A stretch of 64,000 nt of DNA. Origin: Desulfobaccales bacterium (GTDB taxonomy: Bacteria; Desulfobacterota; Desulfobaccia; Desulfobaccales; 0-14-0-80-60-11). Location of the stretch: NCBI GenBank assembly GCA_052139855.1, contig JBKQVS010000115.1:14358-78357 (forward strand), in the 5' to 3' direction. How positions within the stretch are numbered: the stretch's first letter is position 1; each line of letters opens with the position of its first letter. Shown piece by piece: positions 18,003 to 25,757 of the stretch. The notes under the pieces are model-generated. The model did not search any database and was not told where the DNA came from. It worked only from the letters and a program-made list of their open reading frames with translations. Made by a program: the position numbers and the translations under genes.

Positions 18003-18941
18003 ATGGAATTCGAAGATGACTTTGTCAAATTTGACAAGATTGATCTCCGTTACCCCAAGCAATTGGTGATCGAAACGACTGCTGCTTGTAATTTACGATG
18101 TATAATGTGCCCTCATAAATCCATGACTCGCAGAAAAGGTAATATGGACCTGCGACTTTATATGAAGATCGTCAAAGAAGTGGCAGCCGTAGAACCTGAC
18201 TGTGAAGTATGGGTCACGTTCATGGGAGAAGCCTTATTACTAAAGAATACCATATTTGGTATGATACAATACGCCAAAGAAGTTGGGCTAAAACGGGTAG
18301 TCCTCAATTCGAATGCCACTTATCTTAATAGCGCAGCAATAGACAGCCTCATCGAATCGGGTTTGGACCGCTTTTTGGTCAGCCTGGATGCGGTAACCGA
18401 AAAGACTTACAATTTAATTCGTCCGGGAGGCAATTTTAAAGCTTCCGTAAGAGGCACTGAGGAAATTCTCAGGCGGGTAATTGCGGAAAAGCGTTTTCAA
18501 CCTACCGTGACGGTGCAAATGTCGGTCATGGATGAAAACGAACACGAACAGGAAGAGTTCAAACGTTACTGGAGTGACCGTGGGGCAATTGTAAAATTTC
18601 GGCCCAAATGCAGTTGGGCAGGTAGTATTGAAGCTCCGAATCTTTCGGCGGATCAAACTGAAAGGCCTCCCTGCCGATGGGCCATGGAGACCACCGCCAT
18701 CCACTACAATGGGGATGTCGTCACTTGTGTAGTAGATTATGAAGGTTTTTATAAAGCAGGTAATATCTGGCAACGCAGCTTGCAGGATATTTGGCTTACC
18801 GAGCTGAAGACGTTACGTTATCTTCAGTACAAGAAAAACTTCGGCAAGTTACCCGAATTCTGCGCTCGTTGTGTGGATTGGCAAACTGCTTCACCAATTG
18901 TGATTCCTTCGGGTCGCCAGACGATGGTGCCTCGTAATTAG
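18003..18941 (+). CDS. Radical SAM enzyme with a C-terminal SPASM/twitch-like Cys-rich domain
   Basis: 312 aa. TTAACNLRCIMCPH (CxxxCxxC). C-terminal cysteines in PPCRWAMETTAIHYNGDVVTCVVDY...FCARCVDW. Confidence 0.85.
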   Translation: MEFEDDFVKFDKIDLRYPKQLVIETTAACNLRCIMCPHKSMTRRKGNMDLRLYMKIVKEVAAVEPDCEVWVTFMGEALLLKNTIFGMIQYAKEVGLKRVVLNSNATYLNSAAIDSLIESGLDRFLVSLDAVTEKTYNLIRPGGNFKASVRGTEEILRRVIAEKRFQPTVTVQMSVMDENEHEQEEFKRYWSDRGAIVKFRPKCSWAGSIEAPNLSADQTERPPCRWAMETTAIHYNGDVVTCVVDYEGFYKAGNIWQRSLQDIWLTELKTLRYLQYKKNFGKLPEFCARCVDWQTASPIVIPSGRQTMVPRN

Positions 18942-18951
18942 GGAGGACGGG

Positions 18952-19923
18952 ATGGATATTAAAAAGGATATAAAACATTTCCATGATAATTTTGGTATTA
19001 AAGAAGGAGCAGAGAAATTTCCTTTAATGGTCGTGATTGGCCTTTCTTATGTTTGCAATTCAAAATGTCCTGAATGCCCATATACCAATTCAGATATTCG
19101 GAATCAGTATGCTGATATCCCTTTTATGCCGGATTATATTTTTAAAACCATAGCCGATCAGGTCGGAGAGCATGGCGCTTATTTGCGCATATCTGGAGGT
19201 GGAGAACCTTTTCTTCACTCCCAGATAATTGAATTAGTCCGTTATGCGAAGGAAAAAGGCTGTAAGGTTGGAATTATAACCAACGGATCACTCGTAACCG
19301 AGCAGCGAGCCCGAGCTCTTCTCGAATGCGGGGTAAACGCAGTGGAATTCTCCGTAGATGCAAGCGACAATATTACCTATGCTAAAGTCCGCCCGGGACT
19401 CAACTTTGACAGGCTGGTAAGAAATATTAAAGGGATCGTGCGTCTGAGGAATGAATTATCAGCTTCTACTCGTATTGTGGCCAGCGGGGTTAATCAACAG
19501 GATGTTGATATAGAGCAAGTGGAGGCTTTTTGGATGGGGCTGGTAGATGTTTTCCAGAAACGAAAATTCCTTACCTGGGCGATAAATGAAGACCACTCTG
19601 CCGATTCAACGCCTTATCTACCGCCTGAGAAGAATATACCCTGTCCTTTTCTATTTGAGCGTTTAAATATTGATTCTCGAGGTAATGTTCAGGTTTGTGG
19701 TTTTGATATCAGGGGTAAAACTAATTTGGGTAGCGTATTAAAAAAATCCATCAGCGAAATCTGGTTGGGGCGGGGATTCCGTTATTTTCGTGAAAAGCAC
19801 TTGGCCCGCAGGGGGCCCGATATTCCCCTCTGTGCCCGATGTCCAGACTGGCGCTATCGTTCCTGGCAGTACAACTACTGGAAAATCTTGAAAGATGCTG
19901 ACGCCAGACGTCAAGAGGGCTGA
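18952..19923 (+). CDS. Radical SAM enzyme with a C-terminal SPASM/twitch-like Cys-rich domain (paralog of the preceding gene)
   Basis: 323 aa. LSYVCNSKCPECPY (CxxxCxxC), GGGEPFLH, and C-terminal IPCPFLFERLNIDSRGNVQVCGFD...LCARCPDW. Confidence 0.85.
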   Translation: MDIKKDIKHFHDNFGIKEGAEKFPLMVVIGLSYVCNSKCPECPYTNSDIRNQYADIPFMPDYIFKTIADQVGEHGAYLRISGGGEPFLHSQIIELVRYAKEKGCKVGIITNGSLVTEQRARALLECGVNAVEFSVDASDNITYAKVRPGLNFDRLVRNIKGIVRLRNELSASTRIVASGVNQQDVDIEQVEAFWMGLVDVFQKRKFLTWAINEDHSADSTPYLPPEKNIPCPFLFERLNIDSRGNVQVCGFDIRGKTNLGSVLKKSISEIWLGRGFRYFREKHLARRGPDIPLCARCPDWRYRSWQYNYWKILKDADARRQEG

Positions 19924-19957
19924 ATCATCTGCAGGATACTCCTCCAAAGATTTTCTT

Positions 19958-20845
19958 CTAAATGACTTCCCAGACATCCGGGTTCAGGCGCGTAATGCGT
20001 CCATGCCCCTTACGCGGGCATTGTCCCCTCACCCGCCATTTGTACCAGTTCCTGAAAACGTCGCCCACGCTGCTCATAATGGCCTTGATACGCGTGCCCT
20101 TGGCCTCCCCGGCCTGACGCGGCAGGAAAGAAATAGGCACTTCTACGATAGATGCTCCCAGCCAGTGCGACTTAATCAGCATCTCAGGATTAAGGAAAGA
20201 GCTTATCCCCTCTATCTTGTGGGACTGGACCAGCCTGGTTGGATAAAAGCCTATATTCTGGAAATCCGAAAGGGGCACGGCAAAAAGCAGCCGTAGGAGC
20301 ACGTAGTTGCAGACTGACACGAATGCCTTGTAAATGGTGTCGGACCGCTTGGTAAGGTGTTTGATGTGGAAGAGGCCGGCCAGTCCGTAGAGCGGCTTGG
20401 CGATTTTGCTTTTAACCGCTACCGGTCTGCGCCGCACCCCAGTCACAATGTCGTGTTGCTTCAAAAGTTCCAGGAAGGTGCGCAGCATCTCGATATCATA
20501 GGACCAGTCTACAGTCTGCCAGAAGAGATATTCCATACGGGCTTCACGCAGAGCCCGGCGGCAAGAATAGCCCACATTCATGTTTTTCTCATTGCGTAGC
20601 ATCCTGAGCTGCGGAATTTCTGGCTGTAAAGACCTGGCTATCTCGTTTGTTTTGTCGGTGCTGCAATCGTCGATAAGGACTATCTCGAACTTCTCACAGG
20701 ACGCCTCCAGCATGGCGTGGATGCGGCGCAAAAAGCCTTCGATGAGTTCCTCTTCGTTATACGCCCAGCACAAGAGCGAAACGCTCCTATCAAATTTGGG
20801 CAGGGCCGCATTGTTTGCCCGTGTGTGAACAAATCTCTGAGTCAT
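19958..20845 (-). CDS. Family-2 glycosyltransferase, Dpm1/GtrB/ArnC-like (probable polyprenyl-phosphate sugar synthase)
   Basis: VSLLCWAYNEEELIEGFL...FEIVLIDDCSTDKT (GT2 DxD region) and C-terminal FLPRQAGEAKG (R..GESK-type motif of Dpm1/GtrB-like enzymes). Start taken at MTQRF (ATG 20845). The track's 20941 start runs into the IS inverted repeat. Confidence 0.8.
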   Translation of the reverse strand: MTQRFVHTRANNAALPKFDRSVSLLCWAYNEEELIEGFLRRIHAMLEASCEKFEIVLIDDCSTDKTNEIARSLQPEIPQLRMLRNEKNMNVGYSCRRALREARMEYLFWQTVDWSYDIEMLRTFLELLKQHDIVTGVRRRPVAVKSKIAKPLYGLAGLFHIKHLTKRSDTIYKAFVSVCNYVLLRLLFAVPLSDFQNIGFYPTRLVQSHKIEGISSFLNPEMLIKSHWLGASIVEVPISFLPRQAGEAKGTRIKAIMSSVGDVFRNWYKWRVRGQCPRKGHGRITRLNPDVWEVI

Positions 20846-20915
20846 CGGAATACCTGAATGGCCTTGGGAAAATGTTCGCCTTGTGTCTAAATGCATTAAA
20901 GGGGCTGAGTCTTGG

Positions 20916-20954
20916 TGACCTGCCCCCAGTAGTTGTACCAAGTTTTAAGTTAGT
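20916..20954. repeat. IS3-family-type terminal inverted repeat, left copy
   Basis: TGACCTGCCCCCAGTAGTTGTACCAAGTTTTAAGTTAGT. It is 38/39 identical to the reverse complement of 24400-24438. The TGA... outer end is typical of IS3-family inverted repeats. Confidence 0.7.
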
Positions 20955-21233
20955 TGGCTGGTCAAGTCACCATGAGAGCATTTATGCGTATTGACCCTGA
21001 TGAACTGAAAGAGCTTGAGAACCCAGAAAAACAGGCGGCAGAAATCTGGGTAACGAACAAGAAAACTGATAAGGAGTAAAATTCTTTCTAATACCCCTTA
21101 AATCACATCCATTTTCAGCGAGTTGCCAGTAATATGAAGTTAGGTAGTTTTATCAAGTGCATGTAATAAAAAAATCATAATCCATTCCTGGGGAAATTGC
21201 AAGATATCCCCGTTTTACCATGGCCACGGTCGA

Positions 21234-22331
21234 TCATTCCTTGCCGGGAACTTCTCCAGGGTTTCCCGGTCCCGATAGTCCCCTGAAGAACGCCGCAAGG
21301 TGTCGGCCGATAATGGCATGAGCCTTGACCCCCCACTTGTGTCCTTCCGGGGAGCCAAAATCGCGTTGGCCCTGAAACCAGGGCTCAACTTCCAGGTACG
21401 TCAGGACGCCGGCCTGCGACAGGCCATCCACCGCCTGGCGTATCATCTTCCAGGAGTCTAATTCTCCATTGACCGAGATGAGCACCAGTTTGATCCGGTT
21501 CTCCGACAAGTCTCGGGCAAAGGCTCCTAATAATTCGATGTAAAATTTTTCTGCCCTTACATTCATTTCCTGGGTCTGATCATAATTCAAAGGGGTTTGC
21601 TGCTCTTTATCTGGTTTCTTATCCTGGTACTGATGCACGCTCACGTAGTGAGTATAGATAAAATTCCTCACGAAACTATAAAGCTGGCTTTTTTGAAACA
21701 CGGGGCAATTTCCTATAATTGATCTAAACCAATTGTAGTGAGCCTGAGTGTTTTTGAAGACAAACGTGCCATTATGTATCTCGGTGACCGGCTGGTCAAG
21801 ATTGTCCATAGGGTCATTCTGGCAAAACTGTAAGATGACATAGGATGGCCGGTATAGCTGGCCGAACTCATAGTACCTTCTAATCTCCTGAGTGAGACCA
21901 TATCCGCCGACACCCAGATTGATCACATCAAATTGACCTTTCAGGTCGCGCTGCAGGACGTCCGCAAAGGCCTCCCCGTCTTGGACTCCGGTGCCAAAGG
22001 CGTAGGAGTCCCCCAAAATAACGATGTTCTTTCTTGGATAGTGATTAGATACGGAGATCTGTGGCCCGCGGTAGCCGTAACTGTTGATGGTATAAACGTA
22101 ATGCCATTTACCGGGGAAGTAATGGTCCATGCGGCAATCTTTCGGCAGCACGTGGCCATATTGGTAAGAAAAAGTCCACTTGGGAAAGGAGATGGGTTGG
22201 GGTTTCAACCACCTCACCATCAGTTCCCCTCCCAAGATTACCCCCAAGAGGATGACACTGGCAGTGATCAGAACAAATGATAGCAGCTTGATGAAAGATA
22301 ATGGGGCTGCGTCTTTTGAAATGGATTTCAT
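21234..22331 (-). CDS. SGNH/GDSL-type hydrolase or acyl-esterase with an N-terminal membrane anchor
   Basis: 365 aa. TM segment LSFVLITASVILLGVILGG, block I IVILGDSYAFG, block II NLGVGGYG, block III ILQFCQNDPMD, and a C-terminal ...EGHKWGVKAHAIIGRHLA (His-containing block V-like). Confidence 0.7.
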   Translation of the reverse strand: MKSISKDAAPLSFIKLLSFVLITASVILLGVILGGELMVRWLKPQPISFPKWTFSYQYGHVLPKDCRMDHYFPGKWHYVYTINSYGYRGPQISVSNHYPRKNIVILGDSYAFGTGVQDGEAFADVLQRDLKGQFDVINLGVGGYGLTQEIRRYYEFGQLYRPSYVILQFCQNDPMDNLDQPVTEIHNGTFVFKNTQAHYNWFRSIIGNCPVFQKSQLYSFVRNFIYTHYVSVHQYQDKKPDKEQQTPLNYDQTQEMNVRAEKFYIELLGAFARDLSENRIKLVLISVNGELDSWKMIRQAVDGLSQAGVLTYLEVEPWFQGQRDFGSPEGHKWGVKAHAIIGRHLAAFFRGLSGPGNPGEVPGKE

Positions 22332-22566
22332 AGCAGGTTAATTTAACCTCATAGACTAACCGAGATTATGCCGCAGTCTTAGCCATTGCGGTCAAAAAAT
22401 AGTTTCTTCTATCGTTTCCCCTGAAAACATCCCTCAAAATTTCTGTTCTTGAAGCCGAGTCCTCTCATCGATGCCATGATAGTACAAGTTCATTTGAAAA
22501 AATAATTTTTTCAAAAATTTGAGCATACCGCACTCCCAGAACCAGGATACCTCTCTGCTGTAGAGC

Positions 22567-22917
22567 TTAAGGAGCCCAACCCAGCACCGCCCGATAATGG
22601 TGCGAGAGAAGAAAAGCCGGGTCCACATGGACAAATCATCGCCGGGCCTGATAAGAAACCCTGGCGCCCACTTTGATTAATCGCTTGATCAGCCACTCCA
22701 TGGACCGTTTCACTTCTTCACCCCAAATCTAGCATTGCCGGATCATATGCAGGAGGTTGTAGGCAGAACCCCCATCTGTAGCCCGGCCTGGTTGGCCTCG
22801 CACCATAAATCCATCAAATTCTGCCGCATAATCCAGGGGTATCTGGTGTCTGATGGGCAGGTATGCCAAACTTCCCGAGAAAATTATTTTATTAGGCTGG
22901 TTGGTTGACGGATTCAT
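22567..22917 (-). pseudogene. C-terminal relic of an IS4/IS1380-like DDE transposase (two in-frame stops)
   Basis: A single minus-strand frame reads ...GSAYNLLHMIRQC*IWGEEVKRSMEWLIKRLIKVGARVSYQARR*FVHVDPAFLLSHHYRAVLGWAP*. Stops are TAG at 22729-22731 and TGA at 22636-22638. The ...AYNL...R...LIKVGARV..(H/Q)ARRW.VH... pattern matches my recollection of C-termini of IS4-type transposases common in deltaproteobacteria. Family assignment is tentative. Confidence 0.45.
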
Positions 22918-23115
22918 GGAAATTTATGGTATTATTACTATATTTGGACAATTCGGCTACAAAAAAAGAAGCTTGTCCGGGTTAAACTCGGAGAATGAGG
23001 TTCCCAAAAACATTTCCTGACTGCGGTGGGCAAGGTTGCCTCATAATCTGGGTTAAAAAGAGGCAGGATTGGCAATCGTATATTCTTGAACGAAAGAAGG
23101 AGCTAATTGTTAGAG

Positions 23116-23913
23116 ATGACTTGGCGGTTGAATATCCGGAAAAATGTCGATCTAGGCGCCCTGATGAAAGACTGCTTGGTCAGAGTGTTCGGCTGGCGGA
23201 TCGGGGTGCTGTTCGGCGACCCGTCGATGTATGACCGATGGCAATTTCTGAGGGATCGGATCAATCCCGGTCCCCTGCGGACTCTCGACGCCGGCTGCGG
23301 GTCAGGAGCTTATGCTCTTTATGCCGCCACACGGGGCAACGCGACCGTAGGCCTTTCTTTTGACGAAGCCAGCAATCGGAAAGGCGCGCACCGCGCCCAA
23401 ATTTTGATGATCAACAATATCAGCTTCATAACTATGGATCTGCGGGAATTGGGCAAATATCGCGAGCAGCTGGGTACCTTTAATCAAATCATTTGCTTTG
23501 AAACAATTGAACATATCTTGAATGACGAGCAACTAATCAATAATTTACAGGCCCTTTTAATGGTAAAGGGAAATATTTTTCTTACTGCCCCTTTTAAGAG
23601 CGGTAATGCTCCCCATGACGAGACTTTATCATCTTATGAAGACGGGGGCCATGTAAGAGAAGGGTATACCCGTCAAGAACTCGAAGAAATATTTTCTAAA
23701 AATGGCTTAAAAGTTACTGAGATAACCTTCATGAGCGGTCTCATCTCTCAAGCACTGCTGAAATTGACTTACTGGCTGGACAAACATATCCCCCACGCCA
23801 TAACCTGGGGGTTAGTCTTCCCCTTGCGAATTTTTCAAGCTTTTGATGGCATAATAACTAATCTTACCAAGTATCCATACTCCTGTATCGGAGTTGTCGG
23901 TATTAAGGATTGA
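23116..23913 (+). CDS. Class I SAM-dependent methyltransferase
   Basis: Motif I LRTLDAGCGSGAYALYAATRG and FNQIICFETIEHILNDEQLINNLQALLMVKGNIFLTAP. ATG 23116 is preceded by AAGGAG (23097-23102). The track start at 23107 is a TTG. Confidence 0.8.
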   Translation: MTWRLNIRKNVDLGALMKDCLVRVFGWRIGVLFGDPSMYDRWQFLRDRINPGPLRTLDAGCGSGAYALYAATRGNATVGLSFDEASNRKGAHRAQILMINNISFITMDLRELGKYREQLGTFNQIICFETIEHILNDEQLINNLQALLMVKGNIFLTAPFKSGNAPHDETLSSYEDGGHVREGYTRQELEEIFSKNGLKVTEITFMSGLISQALLKLTYWLDKHIPHAITWGLVFPLRIFQAFDGIITNLTKYPYSCIGVVGIKD

Positions 23914-24062
23914 TAAGTATTAAAGAAAGTCAAAGCCACCATTTCTGGCGGGCTTGATCTGATCTCTCAAAACTAGGTTGGGTGCTGTCGTTTGCATAAA
24001 ACAAGACTAAATGACCATCCCGGCAACCCTTAACCAGAAAAGGGCTGGGGTAAGACCAATAA

Positions 24063-24338
24063 AAAGCTCTGAAGCCTGCCCAGGTGCGGACCACGGTGGA
24101 GTTGTTGCGCACCTGCCCCCAGGTGCGCATCCGGGGGGCAACCCAAACCCTATCCGGCCCCCGCTCCACCCTCTCCTACCGGTCCCGGAAACCTGAGCAG
24201 GCACCCCTGAGACACCGGATCAAAGAGATTGCCGCCGTGCGGGTGCGCTAGGGCTACCGGCGGATCCACCCCCTCCTGCAGCGGGAGGGCCGGGCTATTA
24301 ACCACAAGCGGGCCTATCGGCTCTATTGCCTCAAAGGA
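24063..24338 (+). mobile_element. IS3-family transposase OrfB N-terminal relic (in-frame TAG, truncated)
   Basis: The frame reads ...RIRGATQTLSGPRSTLSYRSRKPEQAPLRHRIKEIAAVRVR*GYRRIHPLLQREGRAINHKRAYRLYCLKG, with TAG at 24249-24251. This is the classic IS3 OrfB N-terminus (...RST..Y..R.....LR.RI.EIA....YGYRRI...L.REG..VNHKR.YRLY...GL). The DDE catalytic domain is absent, and the right inverted repeat follows about 60 bp later. Confidence 0.8.
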
Positions 24339-24399
24339 AAAAGCGAAATTTTCTCACGCAAAATGGTCCAAAAAAGGGGGCATCTCCATTGACCCCGAG

Positions 24400-24438
24400 A
24401 CTAACTTAAAACTTGGTACAACTATTGGGGGCAGGTCA
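24400..24438. repeat. IS3-family-type terminal inverted repeat, right copy
   Basis: The reverse complement of 24400-24438 is TGACCTGCCCCCAATAGTTGTACCAAGTTTTAAGTTAGT, with 1 mismatch to 20916-20954. Confidence 0.75.
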
Positions 24439-24547
24439 ATCGGGCATCTTTGAGGCCCCCGACTTGCTAAATATTCATATTTATATCATATAGTTAGCCT
24501 GACCCCCATCAAATTATGCCGAATAGTCCAAGCTTATAAGGGCTATC

Positions 24548-24575
24548 TTGACATGTATTTGATTTTTAATATAAT
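24548..24575 (+). promoter_or_regulatory. Candidate sigma70-type promoter (perfect consensus hexamers) upstream of wzm
   Basis: TTGACA (24548-24553), a 16-nt spacer, then TATAAT (24570-24575), in an AT-rich 400-bp intergenic region about 260 nt upstream of 24837. Confidence 0.45.
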
Positions 24576-24836
24576 AAAAGACTTAAAACTTACTCGCTTG
24601 GCCCAAACCATGCTCTTGGATCGCCTGGATTTGTGGGTGATGCTTGGTCAATAAATAACAAGCCTTGCTATTCAATCAGTGTATCGGATGGTAGTGATAA
24701 TTTATGAGTAATATCATAAGACTAAAACTATTAAGGACGTTCAAAGAATAAAATATTATGTAATTGGACGCAATTTTAATAGATTGGCAAGATAAACTAA
24801 AATTGTAATTATAATTATTAGCATTATTTATACAAA

Positions 24837-25721
24837 ATGATAAATCACAAAATTAATACAAGTGTTCTTGGTACGGAAGATGATGCTGAATGGACTATAA
24901 TTATTTCTCCTTATCATTCGTGGTTAAATTTTAATTTCAAGGAAATATGGAAATATCGTGACTTGGTAAAGCTGTTTGTCAGACGTGATTTTGTCGCCAA
25001 ATACAAACAGACCATATTGGGTCCCTTATGGTTTGTACTCCAACCATTACTCACCACCCTGGTATTTATAATAATTTTTGGTAGGATTGCTAAGATCTCT
25101 ACGGATGGCTTACCGGAAATTCTCTTTTATTTTTCAGGGACTATTTGTTGGGGTTACTTTGCGGACTGCTTTTCGCAGATTGCTGAAACTTTTGTAACCA
25201 ATGCCCCAGTATTCGGAAAGGTATACTTCCCCCGGCTGGTAGTTCCCCTCGCCAATGCCATCAATAATATGTTTAAGTTTTTTATCCAGTTTGCGGTATT
25301 CGTCCTGCTGCTTATATTCTACTATGTGAAAGGCTTCAACGTTGTGCCTAGCTTGTGGCTCCTTGCCTTCCCGTTGTTGCTGGTCCAAATGGCCGCCATG
25401 GGAATTGCCTGTGGACTCATCGTTTCTTCCATCAGCACCAGATATCGGGATCTGACCAACGTTATGAGCGTGGGGGTTCAACTCTGGATGCTCGCAACCC
25501 CTGTGGTTTATCCCCTTTCCCAAGTCCCTGAAAACTACCGACGGTTTTTTATCTTAAATCCCCTATCCTCCATTATATTAGGGTTCAGGGCGGCCTTTCT
25601 GGGGAAAAGTGGTATCACGTTGGAATATTTTTTGGTGGGCTGGATCGTAACCCTGGCTTGTTTATTTTGTGGCCTGGTTTTGTTCAACCGGGTTGAGAGA
25701 ACCTTTGTGGATACAATTTGA
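24837..25721 (+). CDS. wzm: ABC-2 type polysaccharide/O-antigen export permease
   Basis: 294 aa, 6 TM segments. N-terminal WKYRDLVKLFVRRDFVAKYKQTILGPLWFVLQPLLTTLVF is the Wzm/TagG/KpsM signature. Confidence 0.9.
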   Translation: MINHKINTSVLGTEDDAEWTIIISPYHSWLNFNFKEIWKYRDLVKLFVRRDFVAKYKQTILGPLWFVLQPLLTTLVFIIIFGRIAKISTDGLPEILFYFSGTICWGYFADCFSQIAETFVTNAPVFGKVYFPRLVVPLANAINNMFKFFIQFAVFVLLLIFYYVKGFNVVPSLWLLAFPLLLVQMAAMGIACGLIVSSISTRYRDLTNVMSVGVQLWMLATPVVYPLSQVPENYRRFFILNPLSSIILGFRAAFLGKSGITLEYFLVGWIVTLACLFCGLVLFNRVERTFVDTI

Positions 25722-25757
25722 TGCCCATGCTTCATTCACTAGCTTAGTCCTCCTCCT

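Noticed and set aside
17972-19957. Search for a RiPP precursor peptide next to the two radical SAM/SPASM genes.
   Set aside because: Gaps are only 10-34 nt, and no small ORF with a leader/core-like sequence is present on either strand. The surrounding genes are sugar-modifying enzymes.
22995-23234. A 79-aa ORF overlapping the start of the methyltransferase gene in another frame, and a 35-codon ORF at 20972-21079 just inside the left inverted repeat.
   Set aside because: No recognisable motif; in particular there is no IS3 OrfA-like HTH or leucine zipper. Both are short and are probably noise.
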